A DNA stretch of 64,000 nt from assembly GCA_013204395.1 (NCBI GenBank), contig JABMNZ010000025.1, positions 9,007-73,006 of the forward strand, written 5' to 3'. A program made the position numbers and the translations under genes. The notes under the pieces are model-generated. The model had not been told where the DNA came from, made no database searches, and saw only the letters and a program-made list of their open reading frames with translations. The stretch is from Parcubacteria group bacterium. GTDB lineage: Bacteria; Patescibacteriota; Patescibacteriia; UBA9934; GWF2-40-263. Positions 63,557-64,000 of this stretch are shown piece after piece (positions within the stretch are counted from its first letter, which is position 1; every line of letters begins with the position of its first letter).

Positions 63557-64000
63557 GTGTTCAAGATCAAAATGCCTGGGAGCGTGAGCAGGTTGTGGTG
63601 CAAGCGGCTAGAGAAGCAACGCCAGAAAAGTTTGTCGGGTCTGAAAAAGAACCAAACGCTTTGTTTAAATCCATTGGGATCATGAACACGCCAGAGCGTC
63701 TGCCCGTTGGATACTTCAAGTATCGCCCTGAAGATTTTATTGTTGAGGAAGAGCGTCCAGATGACACGGTCATTACCGTCGATGGTAAACCAGCTGCACC
63801 AGAGTTTGAGGGCGGAGAGGGAACAGTTTACTTTGACATGACCAAGGTTGGGATTTCAACCATCGATGCAGAGAACAGAATCTCCGAGATCACGGGCTAT
63901 CCAAATAAAGATATCGGCTACGCTGGGATCAAAGATGCGGTCGCCCTTACGTCCCAAAGAATGTCAGTGAGAGGCGGAATATTAAATGAAATTTTAATGT
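63553..64000 (+). CDS. truD: tRNA pseudouridine(13) synthase TruD, N-terminal fragment (continues past window end)
   Basis: ATGA overlap with upstream stop. ...YFKYRPEDFIVEEE... and GYAGIKDAVALTSQ resemble the TruD N-terminus and catalytic Asp context (GxKD). Incomplete, so absent from the ORF track. Confidence 0.55.
   Translation, partial: MSVQDQNAWEREQVVVQAAREATPEKFVGSEKEPNALFKSIGIMNTPERLPVGYFKYRPEDFIVEEERPDDTVITVDGKPAAPEFEGGEGTVYFDMTKVGISTIDAENRISEITGYPNKDIGYAGIKDAVALTSQRMSVRGGILNEILM

Noticed and set aside
1-64000. CRISPR array, tRNA, rRNA or tmRNA genes
   Set aside because: Scanned intergenic regions for regularly spaced direct repeats and for T-loop/acceptor-like GGTTCGAATCC patterns on both strands. 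None were found. The only recurrent short repeats are the two palindrome families and the cassette modules, which are not regularly spaced.
1-64000. Alternative genetic code (UGA recoding) as in some CPR lineages
   Set aside because: Long ORFs of 1243 and 1065 aa, and all conserved genes, are intact under the standard code with TGA used as a stop (many ATGA couplings). No evidence for recoding. The single in-frame TAA at 59807 is treated as a local disruption.

Overview
This 64-kb window comes from a compact bacterial genome with a roughly 45% GC background, coded mostly on the plus strand with tight or overlapping gene junctions. Gene content fits a small-genome, Gram-positive-like or CPR/Patescibacteria-like organism, but taxonomy cannot be set from sequence alone. 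I support about 60 protein-coding genes and found no rRNA, tRNA or CRISPR array. The window divides into six blocks. (1) 0.2-11.8 kb: a divergent HTH regulator and an ECF sigma/anti-sigma pair, followed by a secreted surface cluster. The cluster holds a 1243-aa Thr/Ser-rich adhesin-like protein, a BNR beta-propeller protein, and two tandem subtilisin (S8) proteases with FG-GAP repeats. An unclassified ~105-aa module is shared between the giant protein (N-terminus) and the BNR protein (C-terminus). (2) 11.8-29.9 kb: a large envelope-glycosylation locus. It contains a UXS/ArnA-like dehydratase, a GtrB/ArnC-like GT2, a small membrane protein, GT2 and two GT4 transferases, two GT-C-type polytopic transferases, a CDP-alcohol phosphatidyltransferase, and HIT, NUDIX, rmlB and rmlD-like genes. 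This locus is interrupted by a GC-rich insert carrying an MsbA-like ABC exporter. (3) 30.1-32.8 kb: a small GC-rich island inserted between rmlD and rmlA. It holds a wHTH + Cas2-fold-like protein flanked by a 16-bp perfect palindrome, plus two cassette-like genes. Each cassette gene is bracketed by the same promoter/leader (TTGACA...CTCTGTCATCCGGCAGGG) and the same 43-nt 3' module preceded by a 14-bp-stem hairpin. (4) 33-56 kb: housekeeping genes. These include a PEGA-domain protein, an S41 protease, NUDIX, riboflavin kinase, HU, HflX with a structured terminator-containing leader, L28, a YgjP-like hydrolase, LOG, a GT28-like transferase, a GH-A hydrolase, an Lpd-like flavoprotein, a methyltransferase, a DEDDy exonuclease, and class II RNR (nrdJ) with tandem NrdR boxes. 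A secreted GH with tandem N-terminal repeats and a NUDIX-corrinoid adenosyltransferase fusion follow. (5) 56.6-62.9 kb: a GC-rich island. It carries a GNAT, a NitT/TauT-type ABC permease and ATPase, a secreted protein and OmpA-domain protein joined in-frame across a single TAA, and two coiled-coil proteins. (6) A signal-anchored methyltransferase and the start of truD close the window. Two perfect palindrome families, CGGAAGCTAAGCTTCCG and TACGACGGCCGTCGTA, each occur three times and mark island borders. All calls rest on motif reading by eye; no database search was possible.
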